From an uncultured Clostridia bacterium (GTDB taxonomy: Bacteria; Bacillota; Clostridia; TANB77; CAG-508), in contig CANQHC010000001.1 in the NCBI GenBank assembly GCA_947623595.1, positions 1,299 through 65,298 on the forward strand: DNA of 64,000 bases, written 5' to 3'. Of the stretch, positions 1 to 9,942 are shown in pieces. How positions within the stretch are numbered: position 1 is the first letter of the stretch; every line of letters begins with the position of its first letter. The notes below the pieces were generated by a model. It saw only the letters and a program-made list of their open reading frames with translations. It made no database searches and was not told the origin of the DNA. Both the position numbers and the translations under genes were made by a program.

Positions 1-47
1 AATTATATACAAAGAGAATATAAAAGAAGAAGGAGAAAAAAGTATAG

Positions 48-491
48 ATGATAAGTAATCTTAATTCTAAAACAGCAACCGAGCTTTATAAAATTTTAAG
101 TTTTTTAAATAAAAAAGATTTGGAAAAAATTCCAAAAGAAGAAAGAGAATATATAGAAAAGTTAAAAGACAATACAATGACTTCAAAAATAAATAATGTA
201 TCAGATATTAGAATAGAAAAAATTGATGAAGAAACAAAAGGATACTTGGCATATATTTTTTTGAATTATTTGGCTAGTGAAGAAGAAAAAGCTGAATATA
301 TAAATATTATAAATGAAAATGAAGCAAGATTTCAAAAAGAACTTTCAGAAAAATATGATATTCAAAAGAAATTTAATGATATTAAGAACAAAAAAACATG
401 TAATCAGGAAGTTGCTTTGCAAGTTGTTAGAGAAAAAAACATATTCCAAAAGATATTTGATAAGTTAAAAGAGATGTTTAGTAGAAAATGA
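48..491 (+). CDS. hypothetical protein (Lys/Glu/Asn-rich, no recognised domain)
   Basis: 147-aa ORF from the track with a purine-rich stretch (aggagaaaaaag) upstream of the ATG. No motif recognised. Confidence 0.4.
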   Translation: MISNLNSKTATELYKILSFLNKKDLEKIPKEEREYIEKLKDNTMTSKINNVSDIRIEKIDEETKGYLAYIFLNYLASEEEKAEYINIINENEARFQKELSEKYDIQKKFNDIKNKKTCNQEVALQVVREKNIFQKIFDKLKEMFSRK

Positions 492-646
492 TTAATATTT
501 CCTTTTTCCAAGAGCTTGCTTGTTAAAAAGTATTATGAGATACTTTTATGGAATTTATATGGAAAAAATATAATGAATATGATAAAATGAAAAAAATTGT
601 AAAGAGATTGAATAGATTAACAAAAGAATGCAAAAGGATGTAAAAT

Positions 647-1126
647 ATGAATTTTGAGGAAGAGTTAAAAAATAAATTAAGAAATGAAATTATTGCAAGC
701 TTAAATGATATTAATTGTAATTTTAATGCTGGTAATGAAATATCAGATAAAACAAAAAAACAATCTTTCTATGATATAGATGAGAAAAATGCTATTATAT
801 ATATTCTAAAGAAATTTCCATTTGTTTGTCTATTAGGTGATGATAAACTAATAAGAAAAGCAATTTCAACAAAAAATAATAACTTTAAATATCATTGTCA
901 TGAATTTTCTTTAAAAAAGTCTTCAAATGAAGAAATTTTTGTTATAAGTAATGGAATAATTGTAGCAAATATATTAACTAATGGGGAAGAATATTTAGTT
1001 GAAGTATTGGATGAAAAACATGTTGAGAATTTTGGGGGAAGAATTAAACCAATTATTGAAAATGGCAGATTATTAAATAGAAGTGAATTTATTGAAGAAA
1101 AATCTATTTCAAAAGATACTAGATAA
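647..1126 (+). CDS. hypothetical protein, short paralog of the 2616..3392 product
   Basis: It shares blocks with the ORF at 2616: MNFEEELKNKLRNEII vs MDFEDLLKIRLKNQII, ILKKFPFVCLLGDDKL vs ILQMFPFVQLLGNRKL, NNFKYHCHEFS vs NEFKYHGHDFS, and VENFGGRIKPIIENGRL vs VENFSGKALPIIKNGCL. The central segment of the longer paralog is missing. Confidence 0.55.
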   Translation: MNFEEELKNKLRNEIIASLNDINCNFNAGNEISDKTKKQSFYDIDEKNAIIYILKKFPFVCLLGDDKLIRKAISTKNNNFKYHCHEFSLKKSSNEEIFVISNGIIVANILTNGEEYLVEVLDEKHVENFGGRIKPIIENGRLLNRSEFIEEKSISKDTR

Positions 1127-1170
1127 AATTTATATTTGCAAAAGAAAAAATAAAAAAGGATGGAAAAAAT

Positions 1171-2604
1171 ATGTTAAATGGAACAATAATACAGTATTTT
1201 GAATGGTATATGAACTGTAATCAGAATTTATGGAATGAAGTGGCAAAAGATGCACCAAATTTAGCGAAGATGGGAATAACAGCAATATGGTTACCACCCG
1301 CTTTTAAAGGAATTGGTGGCAAAGATGAAGTTGGATATGGAGTATATGATGTTTATGATTTAGGAGAGTTTGATCAAAAAGGCACAGTAAAAACAAAATA
1401 TGGTTCAAAAGATGAATACTTAAAATGCATTAAAGAACTACAAAAGTGTGGAATTAATGTATATGCAGATATTGTTTTAAACCATAAAATGGGGGCAGAT
1501 TATATTCAAACTATACCTGCTACAAAGGTAGACTGGGGAAATCATGATATAGAAATAGCAAAGCAAGAGATGGTAAAAGTTGCAACAAAATTTACATTCC
1601 CAGGAAGAAATAATAAATATTCCGATTTTAAATGGAATTGGACACATTTTGACGGTATTGATTATAATATGGCAAAAGGTGAAAATGCTCTATTCAAATT
1701 TAAAGACAAAAATTGGGAAAAAATTGTAGATGAAGAATTTGGAAATTATGATTATTTGATGGGAGCTGATATTGATTTCAATAATAATGAGGTTAGAGAA
1801 GAATGTAAAAAATGGGGAGAATGGTATTTAAAACTTACAAATGTTAACGGGTTTAGATTAGATGCAGTAAAACATATATCTGCTGTATTTTATAAAAATT
1901 GGATAAGCTATTTAAGAAAATTAACACAGAAAGAATTATTTACAGTAGGTGAGTATTGGTCCGGAGATGTTCAAAAATTGCACAAATATATAGAAAAAAC
2001 AGAGGGGCAAATATCTCTATTTGATGTTCCTTTACATTATAATTTGAATTCTGCTTCAAAAGATGTAAATTATGATTTAACTACAATCTTTAATAATACA
2101 TTGGTAAAAGATAATCCAACTAAAGCAGTAACATTTGTAGATAACCATGATACTCAACCAGGACAAGCATTAGAAAGTTTTATTGATAGATGGTTTAAAT
2201 TAATCGCATATAGTATAATTCTTTTAAGAGATTCAGGATATCCTTGTGTCTTCTATGGAGACCTATATGGTATACATAATAATGACGTACTACCATTGGA
2301 TGGTTTAAGAAAGCTTTTAGAATTAAGAAGTAAAAAGGCATATGGAAATCAACATGATTATATAGATAATAGAAATTGTATTGGTTGGACTAGAGAGGGA
2401 GATGAAAAACATTTTGATTCAGGGCTAGCTGTACTTATTTCAAACGGAGGATATTCAGAAAAAAGAATGTATATTGGAAAGAAATTTGCAAATTCAAAAT
2501 TAATAGATGCTATGGGAAATATAAAAGAAGAAGTAACAATAGATAATGATGGATTTGGAGTATTTAAAGTAATGGAAAAATCTGTATCTGTATGGACAAA
2601 ATAG
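1171..2604 (+). CDS. alpha-amylase, GH13 family, apparently cytoplasmic (no signal peptide)
   Basis: The N-terminus GTIIQYFEWY is typical of Bacillus-type alpha-amylases. GH13 conserved regions are present: DIVLNH, GFRLDAVKHI (catalytic Asp), TVGEYW (catalytic Glu) and FVDNHD. No hydrophobic leader. Confidence 0.9.
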   Translation: MLNGTIIQYFEWYMNCNQNLWNEVAKDAPNLAKMGITAIWLPPAFKGIGGKDEVGYGVYDVYDLGEFDQKGTVKTKYGSKDEYLKCIKELQKCGINVYADIVLNHKMGADYIQTIPATKVDWGNHDIEIAKQEMVKVATKFTFPGRNNKYSDFKWNWTHFDGIDYNMAKGENALFKFKDKNWEKIVDEEFGNYDYLMGADIDFNNNEVREECKKWGEWYLKLTNVNGFRLDAVKHISAVFYKNWISYLRKLTQKELFTVGEYWSGDVQKLHKYIEKTEGQISLFDVPLHYNLNSASKDVNYDLTTIFNNTLVKDNPTKAVTFVDNHDTQPGQALESFIDRWFKLIAYSIILLRDSGYPCVFYGDLYGIHNNDVLPLDGLRKLLELRSKKAYGNQHDYIDNRNCIGWTREGDEKHFDSGLAVLISNGGYSEKRMYIGKKFANSKLIDAMGNIKEEVTIDNDGFGVFKVMEKSVSVWTK

Positions 2605-2615
2605 AAAGGATAAAT

Positions 2616-3392
2616 ATGGATTTTGAAGATTTATTAAAAATTAGATTAAAAAATCAAATAATAAAAAGAAATAATTATAATCTTGAAAATTCTGATGACA
2701 AAAGAATAGAGGAAGAAGTAATTAGAAATTTTAATAATAAAATAAATTGTGGAGGTTATGCATTAAAGGTAGATATAAATATTTATCCTTCAAGGGAAAA
2801 AGATTTTAGTAAAAGTGTATCTAAAATATTGCAAATGTTTCCATTTGTTCAATTATTAGGAAATAGAAAATTGAAATGCAATGAATATTTAGTGCTATAT
2901 AGGGTAAATCAAAAGGGAACAGGTCATCATTTTATAAGAATAGATGCAGATGGAATAGCAAGGGAGAAAGATGGAAGTGCATCTCCAAAAATATTTAATG
3001 GGTGGAAAAAATTAGAAAACTGCAAGCAAGCTATATTTGCAGTAAAAAAAGAACATAAAATGTTTGGATATGATTGCATAAAAATGAATTTTGAAAGTCC
3101 AAATGGTCTGAATTTTTATGAAACAGTAACAAATGCAATTGAAAATAATAGCAATGAATTCAAATATCATGGACATGATTTTTCATTTACAGAAGGATTA
3201 AAGGGAAAAGATGTTGTTATGAGTGATGGAATGAAAATTGCTGATATTAATATAAAAAGTGAAGAAATTAAAATATTAGATTGTAAGAAAAAATATGTGG
3301 AAAATTTTTCTGGAAAAGCATTACCAATTATAAAAAATGGTTGTCTTGAAAACATAAAAGATTTTTTCCAAGAAAAAGATATAAGAATTTGA
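2616..3392 (+). CDS. hypothetical protein (long paralog of 647..1126; possible Cys/His hydrolase-like core)
   Basis: The track ORF starts at 2592 and overlaps the amylase stop. ATG 2616 is better placed after aaaggataaat and aligns with the N-terminus of the paralog. The central segment NCGGYAL ... GHHFIRIDADG has no assigned family. Confidence 0.5.
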   Translation: MDFEDLLKIRLKNQIIKRNNYNLENSDDKRIEEEVIRNFNNKINCGGYALKVDINIYPSREKDFSKSVSKILQMFPFVQLLGNRKLKCNEYLVLYRVNQKGTGHHFIRIDADGIAREKDGSASPKIFNGWKKLENCKQAIFAVKKEHKMFGYDCIKMNFESPNGLNFYETVTNAIENNSNEFKYHGHDFSFTEGLKGKDVVMSDGMKIADINIKSEEIKILDCKKKYVENFSGKALPIIKNGCLENIKDFFQEKDIRI

Positions 3393-3437
3393 GCAAGTTC
3401 CAGAAGTAATAAATATATTGAATTAAAAGGAGATTAT

Positions 3438-6158
3438 ATGTTTACCCCCAATATAAAATTTAAGTATTCTTGGAGACCATATCAAGAAAAAGTATTAAAA
3501 GAAGTACACAAATATATTAGTGATAAAAGAATAAATATTATTGCAGCACCTGGATCAGGTAAAACTGTTCTTGGGCTAGAATTAGTACGTAGATTAGATA
3601 ATCCTGTTTTAATATTATCTCCAACTGTAACAATAAAAAATCAGTGGATAGATAGGTTTGTTACATTATTTATGCCAGAAGGAAGTAAAAAGCCTGACTG
3701 GATTAGTGATAATGTATATGAGTTAACATCTTTTAATTCTATAACTTATCAAGGACTTCATTATGCATATAAAAGAAGAAAACAAAAAAATGAAATAGAC
3801 CCAGAAGAAACTGATGACGAAATTATGGAAGAAGAAGTAAAAAACAATATAGATGTTAAAGAATATGATTTAGTTTCAGAATTGAAAAAAAATAAAATAT
3901 CAACAATTGTATTGGATGAAGCACATCATTTAAAAAGCGAATGGTGGCAAAGCTTAACTAAAGTAATAGAAGAGTTACAAGATGTTACAATAATTTCATT
4001 AACAGCAACACCTCCTTATGACATAGAGAAAAGTGAGTGGGATAAATATATAAGTTTATGTGGAGATATAGATATGGAAATTTCTGTTCCGGAATTAGTA
4101 CAAGCCAAAAACTTGTGCCCACATCAAGACTATATTTATTTCAGTTATCCAACGCAAGATGAGAAAAAAATGGTTTCAAAATATGAAACTAATGTTAGAG
4201 ACTTGATAAAAAGTTTAAATACTAATCAAGAATTTATACAAATGTTACAAAATCATCCATATATACAAGATACTGGTTTCCATGTTGAAGAAATTTTAGA
4301 AAAACCAGAATTTTATAGCAGTATGATAATATTTCTAAATGCTTGTAATGTACCAATAGACGCAGAAAAAATACAAATTTTAGGACATAATAACCCCATA
4401 CCAAAGCTTACTATTGAATGGATGGAAAAATTATTGCAGAATGTAATTATAGAAAATAAGGAAGATTTTAATAGTTATGAGAATGTTATAGCTGATATAG
4501 AGAGTAAACTAAATAATTTAGGTGCAATAGAGAAAAACAAGGTATTTTTAGTACAAAATCCAATATTACAAAAATATTTTGTAAATAGTTTAAGCAAATT
4601 GGAAAGCATAAATAACATAGTAGAATCAGAGTATAATAATTTAAAAAATGACCTAAGAATGGTAATACTCACTGATTTTTTAAGAAAAGAATATTTATTT
4701 GAAGAGAATATAGAAATAAAGAAAATAGGAGTATTTCCAATATTTTTAAATTTAATTAATAAGAAACCAAACTTAAATGTGGCAATATTAACCGGTAGTA
4801 TATTTATGATACCAAATGCCCAAAAAGAAAAATTAATAGAAAATACTTCCAAAAACGGTGTAGGACTGCAAGATCTTCAATTTATTGATGTTGATAAAGT
4901 TCCAAATTATTGTATAGTAAAAACAAGTGATAAAAATAAAAATATACTAATGAGTTCAATTTCAAAACTTTTCTCAAATGGTGATGTAAATATTATTATT
5001 GGAACAAAGTCATTATTAGGAGAAGGCTGGGATGAACCAAGTATTAATAGTTTAATTTTAGCAAGTTTTGTAGGTTCATATGTTTTATCAAATCAAATGA
5101 GAGGAAGAGCAATTAGAACGAATGATAATCCATATAAAACTGCAAATGTATGGCATTTAGTATGTGCTTCTGAAGGCAATGATATAATAAAAAATGCAGA
5201 TTTTGAAATGTTAAAAAGAAGATTTAATTCTTTTGTAGGAATAGGTTATCATAACAATCTATTGGAAAATGGAATTGATAGATTAGATAATATACCAACT
5301 ACATTTTCAAAAGAAAATATTGATAGATATAACCAAGAGATAATACAAATAAGTAATGATAGACAAAATATGTATGATAGATGGTTCAAAATAATTGAAA
5401 TATTCGGAGGCAGAGCAATTAGATTGAACAATCAATTAGAAGCTAAACAAGAAAACTTGAAAAATAATTTTTCTTTTATACAAGTATCTAAAGTATTAAA
5501 ATTTATATTTACATATTTACTTATAGCAGTAATTGATTTAATGATAGAAAATTCTACTATGAATTTAAAATATATTTTTGAAAATCTAAAGGATGGTTTA
5601 TTATTATCTGCTGGTCAATTAATAATAATTTTTATTATATCAATGGTTTTAAATCTAAAATTTGTAATACAATGTATAAGGGCTATGAGTTTATCTATTC
5701 CAAAAAAACAACTAAAGAGAGTAGCTAAAATTGTAATTAAATCATTATACAATACAGGAATAATAAAAACTGATTATGATAAAATAAAAATATCTTCAGT
5801 AGAGAATAATGCAATTATCGAATTGTCAATTGATGGAGTTACAACACATGAAAATAATATAATTGTAAGTAGTTTAAAAGAAATTTTTTCAGATGTAGAA
5901 AATCAAAGGTATATTATTATTAATAAAAGCAAAATAATATCATCTTATTATAATGTACCAAATATATTATCAACTAATAAAGAATTAGCAACAGAATTTT
6001 ATAATAATTGGGTAAAATATATGGGAAATTGTATTTTAGTTTATACTAAGAGTGTAGAAGGAAGAAAAATTTTATTAAAAGCAAGAAAGAATACATTTAA
6101 CTATACAAACGTAAATAAATTTATAGATAAGAAAAAACCTATTTCTAATTGGGAATAA
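3438..6158 (+). CDS. SF2 (DEAD/DEAH, type III restriction Res-like) helicase family protein with a C-terminal hydrophobic region
   Basis: Motif I AAPGSGKT, motif II VLDEAHHL, motif III SLTATP, motif V/VI IIIGTKSLLGEGWDEP and QMRGRAIR. Two hydrophobic stretches follow the core (FIFTYLLIAVIDLMI and LLLSAGQLIIIFIISMVLNL). Confidence 0.8.
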   Translation: MFTPNIKFKYSWRPYQEKVLKEVHKYISDKRINIIAAPGSGKTVLGLELVRRLDNPVLILSPTVTIKNQWIDRFVTLFMPEGSKKPDWISDNVYELTSFNSITYQGLHYAYKRRKQKNEIDPEETDDEIMEEEVKNNIDVKEYDLVSELKKNKISTIVLDEAHHLKSEWWQSLTKVIEELQDVTIISLTATPPYDIEKSEWDKYISLCGDIDMEISVPELVQAKNLCPHQDYIYFSYPTQDEKKMVSKYETNVRDLIKSLNTNQEFIQMLQNHPYIQDTGFHVEEILEKPEFYSSMIIFLNACNVPIDAEKIQILGHNNPIPKLTIEWMEKLLQNVIIENKEDFNSYENVIADIESKLNNLGAIEKNKVFLVQNPILQKYFVNSLSKLESINNIVESEYNNLKNDLRMVILTDFLRKEYLFEENIEIKKIGVFPIFLNLINKKPNLNVAILTGSIFMIPNAQKEKLIENTSKNGVGLQDLQFIDVDKVPNYCIVKTSDKNKNILMSSISKLFSNGDVNIIIGTKSLLGEGWDEPSINSLILASFVGSYVLSNQMRGRAIRTNDNPYKTANVWHLVCASEGNDIIKNADFEMLKRRFNSFVGIGYHNNLLENGIDRLDNIPTTFSKENIDRYNQEIIQISNDRQNMYDRWFKIIEIFGGRAIRLNNQLEAKQENLKNNFSFIQVSKVLKFIFTYLLIAVIDLMIENSTMNLKYIFENLKDGLLLSAGQLIIIFIISMVLNLKFVIQCIRAMSLSIPKKQLKRVAKIVIKSLYNTGIIKTDYDKIKISSVENNAIIELSIDGVTTHENNIIVSSLKEIFSDVENQRYIIINKSKIISSYYNVPNILSTNKELATEFYNNWVKYMGNCILVYTKSVEGRKILLKARKNTFNYTNVNKFIDKKKPISNWE

Positions 6159-6251
6159 TATTATTATTAGAATTTTTTGCTTTTCAACAATTTTGCTTAC
6201 TACGAAGTGAAAAGGTTATAAATTGAAAAATATAAAAAGGAATTGAAAATA

Positions 6252-9047
6252 ATGAATAAAATTATATTGATTGATGGGAATAGTATTTTAAATAGAGCAT
6301 TTTATGGGATAATGGGAAGTAAGATGCTAACAACACCGGATGGAAAATATACTAATGCAGTATATGGCTTTTTGGCAATATTGTTTAAAGTATTGGAAGA
6401 TATTAAGCCACAGTATCTAATGGTAGCTTTTGACCTAAAAGCACCAACACAAAGACATAAAATGTATGAAGGATACAAGGCAAATAGAAAGGGTATGCCA
6501 AATGAACTTGCAGAGCAAATGCCAATTATAAAAGATATTTTAAGAGCGATGAATATTACTATAATTGAAAAAGAAGGTTATGAAGGCGATGATATTTTAG
6601 GTACATTAGCTAAAAGAGCAGAAAAAGAAGGATTAGATGTTACTATACTTTCAGGAGATAGAGATACCTTTCAATTAACTTCAAATAACATAAAAGTTCG
6701 TATTCCACATACAAAAGTAGGAAAAACAGAAGTAGACACATTTGATCAAAATGCTATTATAGAAAAATATGGTGTTACTCCTTTGCAACTAATAGAGGTA
6801 AAGGGTTTAATGGGGGATTCTTCTGACAATATTCCAGGAGTTCCAGGAATTGGTGAAAAAACAGCATTGGATTTAGTTAAAAAATATCAAACAATTGAAA
6901 ATTTATATAACCAAATAGAGCAAAATAATGCAGACTTAAAACCAAAAACTAAAGAAAAGTTATTAGCAAATAAAGAATTAGCAGAGCTTTCAAAAACTCT
7001 TGGAACTATTAATACACAAGTGCCAATAGAGGAAACAATTGAAAGCTTAAAAATAAAAGAATGGGACAATGAAGAAGTATTTAAAAAATTTAAAGAATTG
7101 AATTTTAATCGTTTTATAGAGCGTTTTAATTTACAGGGAAATAGTAAAAGTGTACAAACTGAAAAAAAATACAATCAATTTGAAATAAAAACTATTTCAA
7201 TTACTGAAAAGGAAAAAATCCAAGAATTAATAAAAAAAATAGAAGAAAGTGGAAAATTAATTTATATTTTAAATAAAAAGAATTTTTCGCCATATGAACA
7301 AAACAATTCACAAGTAAATAAATCAGGAAAAGTTGATATTATGGAAACTCCTAAAGAAAATGCATATGTGATAAAAAAGAAAATTACTGCAATTTATTTA
7401 TGTGATGAAAATATTGTCTATGAGGTAAAAGTAGATAACCAAGATACTTGGAATTCTTATTTTAAATCAATCTTAGAAAGTGAAAAAATTAAAAAGTATG
7501 GATACCATATAAGTGAAGATTATGTTCTTTTTAAGCAGAATGGAATATCATTAAGGGGAATATATTTTGATGCAAAGATTGCAGCTTATGACTTAAATCC
7601 AACAAATAATCATTATGAATTAGAGGAATTAGCAAATCAATATTTGAATTTAGATGTTTTCCAATATTTAGAAGATATGGGAGCAAAGGAGCAAGATGAA
7701 AAACAAATTACATTATTTCAAACAGAAGAAACAAATTTAGATTTTGAAAAATATAAAAATTCAATTTTTGCATATAGTATTTCGAAATTACAAGAAGTTA
7801 TGATTGACAAATTAGAAAAACTACAATCATTAGAATTATTCCAAAATATTGAAATGCCATTGGTAAAAGTTCTAGGTGGAATGCAATATGAAGGAATTTA
7901 TGCAGACAAGGAAGAACTTATTGCTTTTGGAGATAAGTTAAAAGAGCAGATAGAAACTTTAAAACAAACTATATACCAGCTTTGTGGTGAAGAGTTTAAT
8001 ATTAATTCAACACAACAATTAGGAAGTATTTTATTTGAAAAATTAAAACTTCCTATTTACAAAAAAACAAAAAAGGGTTATTCTACTGATGTTGATATTT
8101 TAGAAAAACTAAGGTCAGAACATCCTGTTATAGATAAAATTCTAGAATATCGTAGTTTAGTGAAATTAAATTCTACGTATGTAGAAGGCTTAATTCCATA
8201 TATTAACCCAGAAACTCATAAAATACATTCATATTTTCACCAAACTATCACTGCAACAGGAAGAATAAGTTCTACAGAGCCAAATCTGCAAAATATTCCA
8301 ACAAGAGCAGAGCAGGGAAAGCAAATAAGAAAAGCATTCAAGGCAAGAGATGGATACACTTTTATAGATGCAGATTATTCACAAATTGAACTAAGAATTT
8401 TAGCTCATATTTCGAAAGATGAAAATATGATAAATGCCTTTCTAAATGAAGAAGATATTCATAAACAAGTAGCCTCTAAAGTGTTTAATGTTCCATTAGA
8501 AGAAGTAACAAAAGAACAAAGAACTGCTGCTAAGGCTGTTAACTTTGGAATAGTATATGGTATTAGTGGTTTTGGATTAGCAGAACAACTAAAAATTGGT
8601 CGAAAAAAAGCAGAACAATATATAGAACAATATTTAGAAAAATATGATGGTGTAAAAAAATTCATGGATGCAATTGTAGAGCAGGCTAAAGAAACAGGGT
8701 ATGTAGAAACATTATTTCATAGAAGGAGGTATATTCCTGAACTTTCTTCTAATAATTATATGGTGAGACAGTTTGGTAATAGAGCAGCAATGAATACACC
8801 AATTCAAGGAACAGCAGCAGATATTATGAAAATTGCAATGATTCGAGTTTTTGAAAAATTAGAAAAAGAAAATTTAGATGCTAAAGTAATTTTACAAATT
8901 CATGATGAATTGTTAATAGAATGTAAAATAGAAGAGAGGGAAAAGGTAAAAAATATATTAAAAGACTGTATGGAGCAGGCTATGAAATTAGATATTCCAT
9001 TGAAAGTAGAAGTATCAGAAGCAAATAATTGGTATGATGTAAAATAA
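6252..9047 (+). CDS. polA: DNA polymerase I
   Basis: 5'-nuclease N-terminus ILIDGNSILNRAFYG. Polymerase motif A DYSQIELR, motif B RTAAKAVNFGIVYG, motif C QIHDELL. The track starts at TTG 6243; ATG 6252 has better spacing from aaagga. Confidence 0.95.
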   Translation: MNKIILIDGNSILNRAFYGIMGSKMLTTPDGKYTNAVYGFLAILFKVLEDIKPQYLMVAFDLKAPTQRHKMYEGYKANRKGMPNELAEQMPIIKDILRAMNITIIEKEGYEGDDILGTLAKRAEKEGLDVTILSGDRDTFQLTSNNIKVRIPHTKVGKTEVDTFDQNAIIEKYGVTPLQLIEVKGLMGDSSDNIPGVPGIGEKTALDLVKKYQTIENLYNQIEQNNADLKPKTKEKLLANKELAELSKTLGTINTQVPIEETIESLKIKEWDNEEVFKKFKELNFNRFIERFNLQGNSKSVQTEKKYNQFEIKTISITEKEKIQELIKKIEESGKLIYILNKKNFSPYEQNNSQVNKSGKVDIMETPKENAYVIKKKITAIYLCDENIVYEVKVDNQDTWNSYFKSILESEKIKKYGYHISEDYVLFKQNGISLRGIYFDAKIAAYDLNPTNNHYELEELANQYLNLDVFQYLEDMGAKEQDEKQITLFQTEETNLDFEKYKNSIFAYSISKLQEVMIDKLEKLQSLELFQNIEMPLVKVLGGMQYEGIYADKEELIAFGDKLKEQIETLKQTIYQLCGEEFNINSTQQLGSILFEKLKLPIYKKTKKGYSTDVDILEKLRSEHPVIDKILEYRSLVKLNSTYVEGLIPYINPETHKIHSYFHQTITATGRISSTEPNLQNIPTRAEQGKQIRKAFKARDGYTFIDADYSQIELRILAHISKDENMINAFLNEEDIHKQVASKVFNVPLEEVTKEQRTAAKAVNFGIVYGISGFGLAEQLKIGRKKAEQYIEQYLEKYDGVKKFMDAIVEQAKETGYVETLFHRRRYIPELSSNNYMVRQFGNRAAMNTPIQGTAADIMKIAMIRVFEKLEKENLDAKVILQIHDELLIECKIEEREKVKNILKDCMEQAMKLDIPLKVEVSEANNWYDVK

Positions 9048-9140
9048 AAAATAGTGTATAAAAATTAATGAAAATGCAAATGTTAAGTCAACATAATATT
9101 TGCTAATACAAAAGAAAACAAATTAAAGGAGAGAATAATT

Positions 9141-9710
9141 TTGACAAAATTGATAAAAGGTTCGGGCATAATATTAATTATTAGTATTATGGTTTACGTA
9201 ATTTGCTTTGGCGTTTTGGATCTAAAAACATCAATAATGAAGAAAATGTATCCACAGAAATTTCAAAGTTATGTAAATCAGTATTCGAAGGAATACGAAA
9301 TAGATCCACTTATAATTTTCGCAATAATAAAAACTGAAAGTAACTTTAATACAAAAGCAACATCTGATAGAAAGGCAAAAGGACTTATGCAAATAATGGA
9401 AAATACAGCAGTAGATGTAGTAAATCAAATGGAAACTAAAGATATAAAAACTGTTGATTTATATACTCCAGAGACAAGTATAAAGATAGGAACTTATTAT
9501 TTTTCAACATTAATGCAAAAATACCAGAATACTGGTTTAGCATTAGCTGCATATAATGCAGGAATGGGAAGAGTGACTGAATGGATTGAAAATGGAACAA
9601 TAAGTAAAGATGGTTCTAATTTAGAAAATATACCATATCAAGAAACAAATATGTATGTAAGAAAAGTATTAAACGCATATCAAATCTATCAAGAATTATA
9701 CGATAGTTAA
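9141..9710 (+). CDS. lytic transglycosylase (SLT domain), membrane anchored
   Basis: N-terminal TM helix and SLT motifs IIKTESNFN, GLMQIM, AYNAGMGRV. TTG start preceded by aaaggagag. Confidence 0.85.
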   Translation: MTKLIKGSGIILIISIMVYVICFGVLDLKTSIMKKMYPQKFQSYVNQYSKEYEIDPLIIFAIIKTESNFNTKATSDRKAKGLMQIMENTAVDVVNQMETKDIKTVDLYTPETSIKIGTYYFSTLMQKYQNTGLALAAYNAGMGRVTEWIENGTISKDGSNLENIPYQETNMYVRKVLNAYQIYQELYDS

Positions 9711-9740
9711 CATAAACTAAAATAGTAATGATTATTTATT

Positions 9741-9860
9741 AAACAGTAAAATATAATAGTTTTTTAAGTTTTTCTGTAGTATCTATGTAAAATTTGTAAA
9801 TTTATATATACTTAACATAAAAATTGAGAGATACTACAAATCTATTATATTTTACTGTTT
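9741..9860. repeat. nested long inverted repeat between convergent genes (probable bidirectional terminator or structured element)
   Basis: Outer arms aaacagtaaaatataatag (9741-9759) and ctattatattttactgttt (9842-9860) are perfect complements. Inner arms are tgtagtatct (9775-9784) and agatactaca (9829-9838). Confidence 0.7.
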
Positions 9861-9942
9861 TATATTAATTTTTTGATTAATGTTCAAGAGTAAATAAAAA
9901 TAATAATTTGTTAATAAAATATTTTGATAAATTTTCATACTT

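Noticed and set aside
548-643. 31-codon ORF (MEFIWKKYNEYDKMKKIVKRLNRLTKECKRM) just upstream of 647..1126
   Set aside because: No Shine-Dalgarno sequence and no supporting signal. Kept only as a note.
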